Assembly: GCA_039545335.1 (NCBI GenBank)
Contig: BCIN01000004.1
Span: 300,925-364,924, forward strand
Length of the DNA: 64,000 nucleotides
Source: Kondoa subrosea
Taxonomy: Eukaryota
Direction: 5' to 3'
In this document: in pieces, positions 63,777 to 64,000 of the stretch
How the letters are laid out: each line of letters opens with the position of its first letter
Numbering within the stretch: position 1 is the first letter of the stretch
The notes under the pieces: generated by a model
Told to the model about the DNA's origin: nothing
What the model saw: the letters and a program-made list of their open reading frames with translations, nothing else
The model's database searches: none
Made by a program: the position numbers and the translations under genes

Positions 63777-64000
63777 CAGTGTTCCAGGAGTAATAAAAGC
63801 AAAAGAAAGGCTTTCCGACTGCCAAAGATATGACAGGGCGGTGTTGTTTGCAGGGCAGTGTCGTGAAGCTAAACGATCAGAGCCCATCAAGTGACTGAGC
63901 CGTCTCGAATACGCTCAAGCAGATGTGCAGGACGCTGCAATGGGCAGTGCAGGTGAGGCAGAGAGAAATCTGAATCTTTGCAATGAGAGCAAGACAGAAA

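Noticed and set aside
1..64000. tRNA, rRNA, snoRNA, CRISPR arrays, transposases and telomeric repeats
   Set aside because: None recognised by eye. T-loop-like and C/D-box-like words lacked supporting structure. An Infernal/tRNAscan-SE run would be needed to exclude small RNAs.

Overview
Compact, intron-dense fungal chromosome segment. Introns are typically 50-60 nt and micro-exons are common. It is probably a basidiomycete, most likely Pucciniomycotina; this is inferred from gene structure and content, not from a search. I could trace about 30 spliced protein-coding genes by hand. In order: GH5 glucanase (partial), orphan multi-pass membrane protein, cactin, mitochondrial S18, a plant MUR3-like GT47 glycosyltransferase, GT32 MIPC synthase, a Ser/Pro-rich protein, a Dabb protein, an FBXO31-like F-box protein, HEI10, a secreted Thr/Ser-rich protein, VPS52, a DDGS/MysA-type sugar-phosphate cyclase, an amidohydrolase, a GFA protein, PSY2, an AMID-like oxidoreductase, a hypothetical protein, a dynactin p24-like protein, a Zn2Cys6 factor, CreC, a USP48-like DUB, OTU1, a WW protein, a second F-box protein, an AA5_1 copper radical oxidase, MID1, a pRiA4b-ORF3/MYND protein, HSV2 and a NADAR protein. 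No tRNA, rRNA, transposon or CRISPR array was recognised. Four things stand out. (1) The mycosporine-pathway DDGS gene stands alone, without its usual O-methyltransferase and ATP-grasp partners. (2) Its conserved TRDG motif can only be rebuilt by splicing an AT-AC intron onto a 12-nt micro-exon. (3) A MUR3-type GT47 sits divergently near MIPC synthase. (4) There is a run of deubiquitination genes, with two DUBs sharing a 144-bp head-to-head gap. All exon boundaries are hand-derived, and all family calls come from motif recognition, not database searches.
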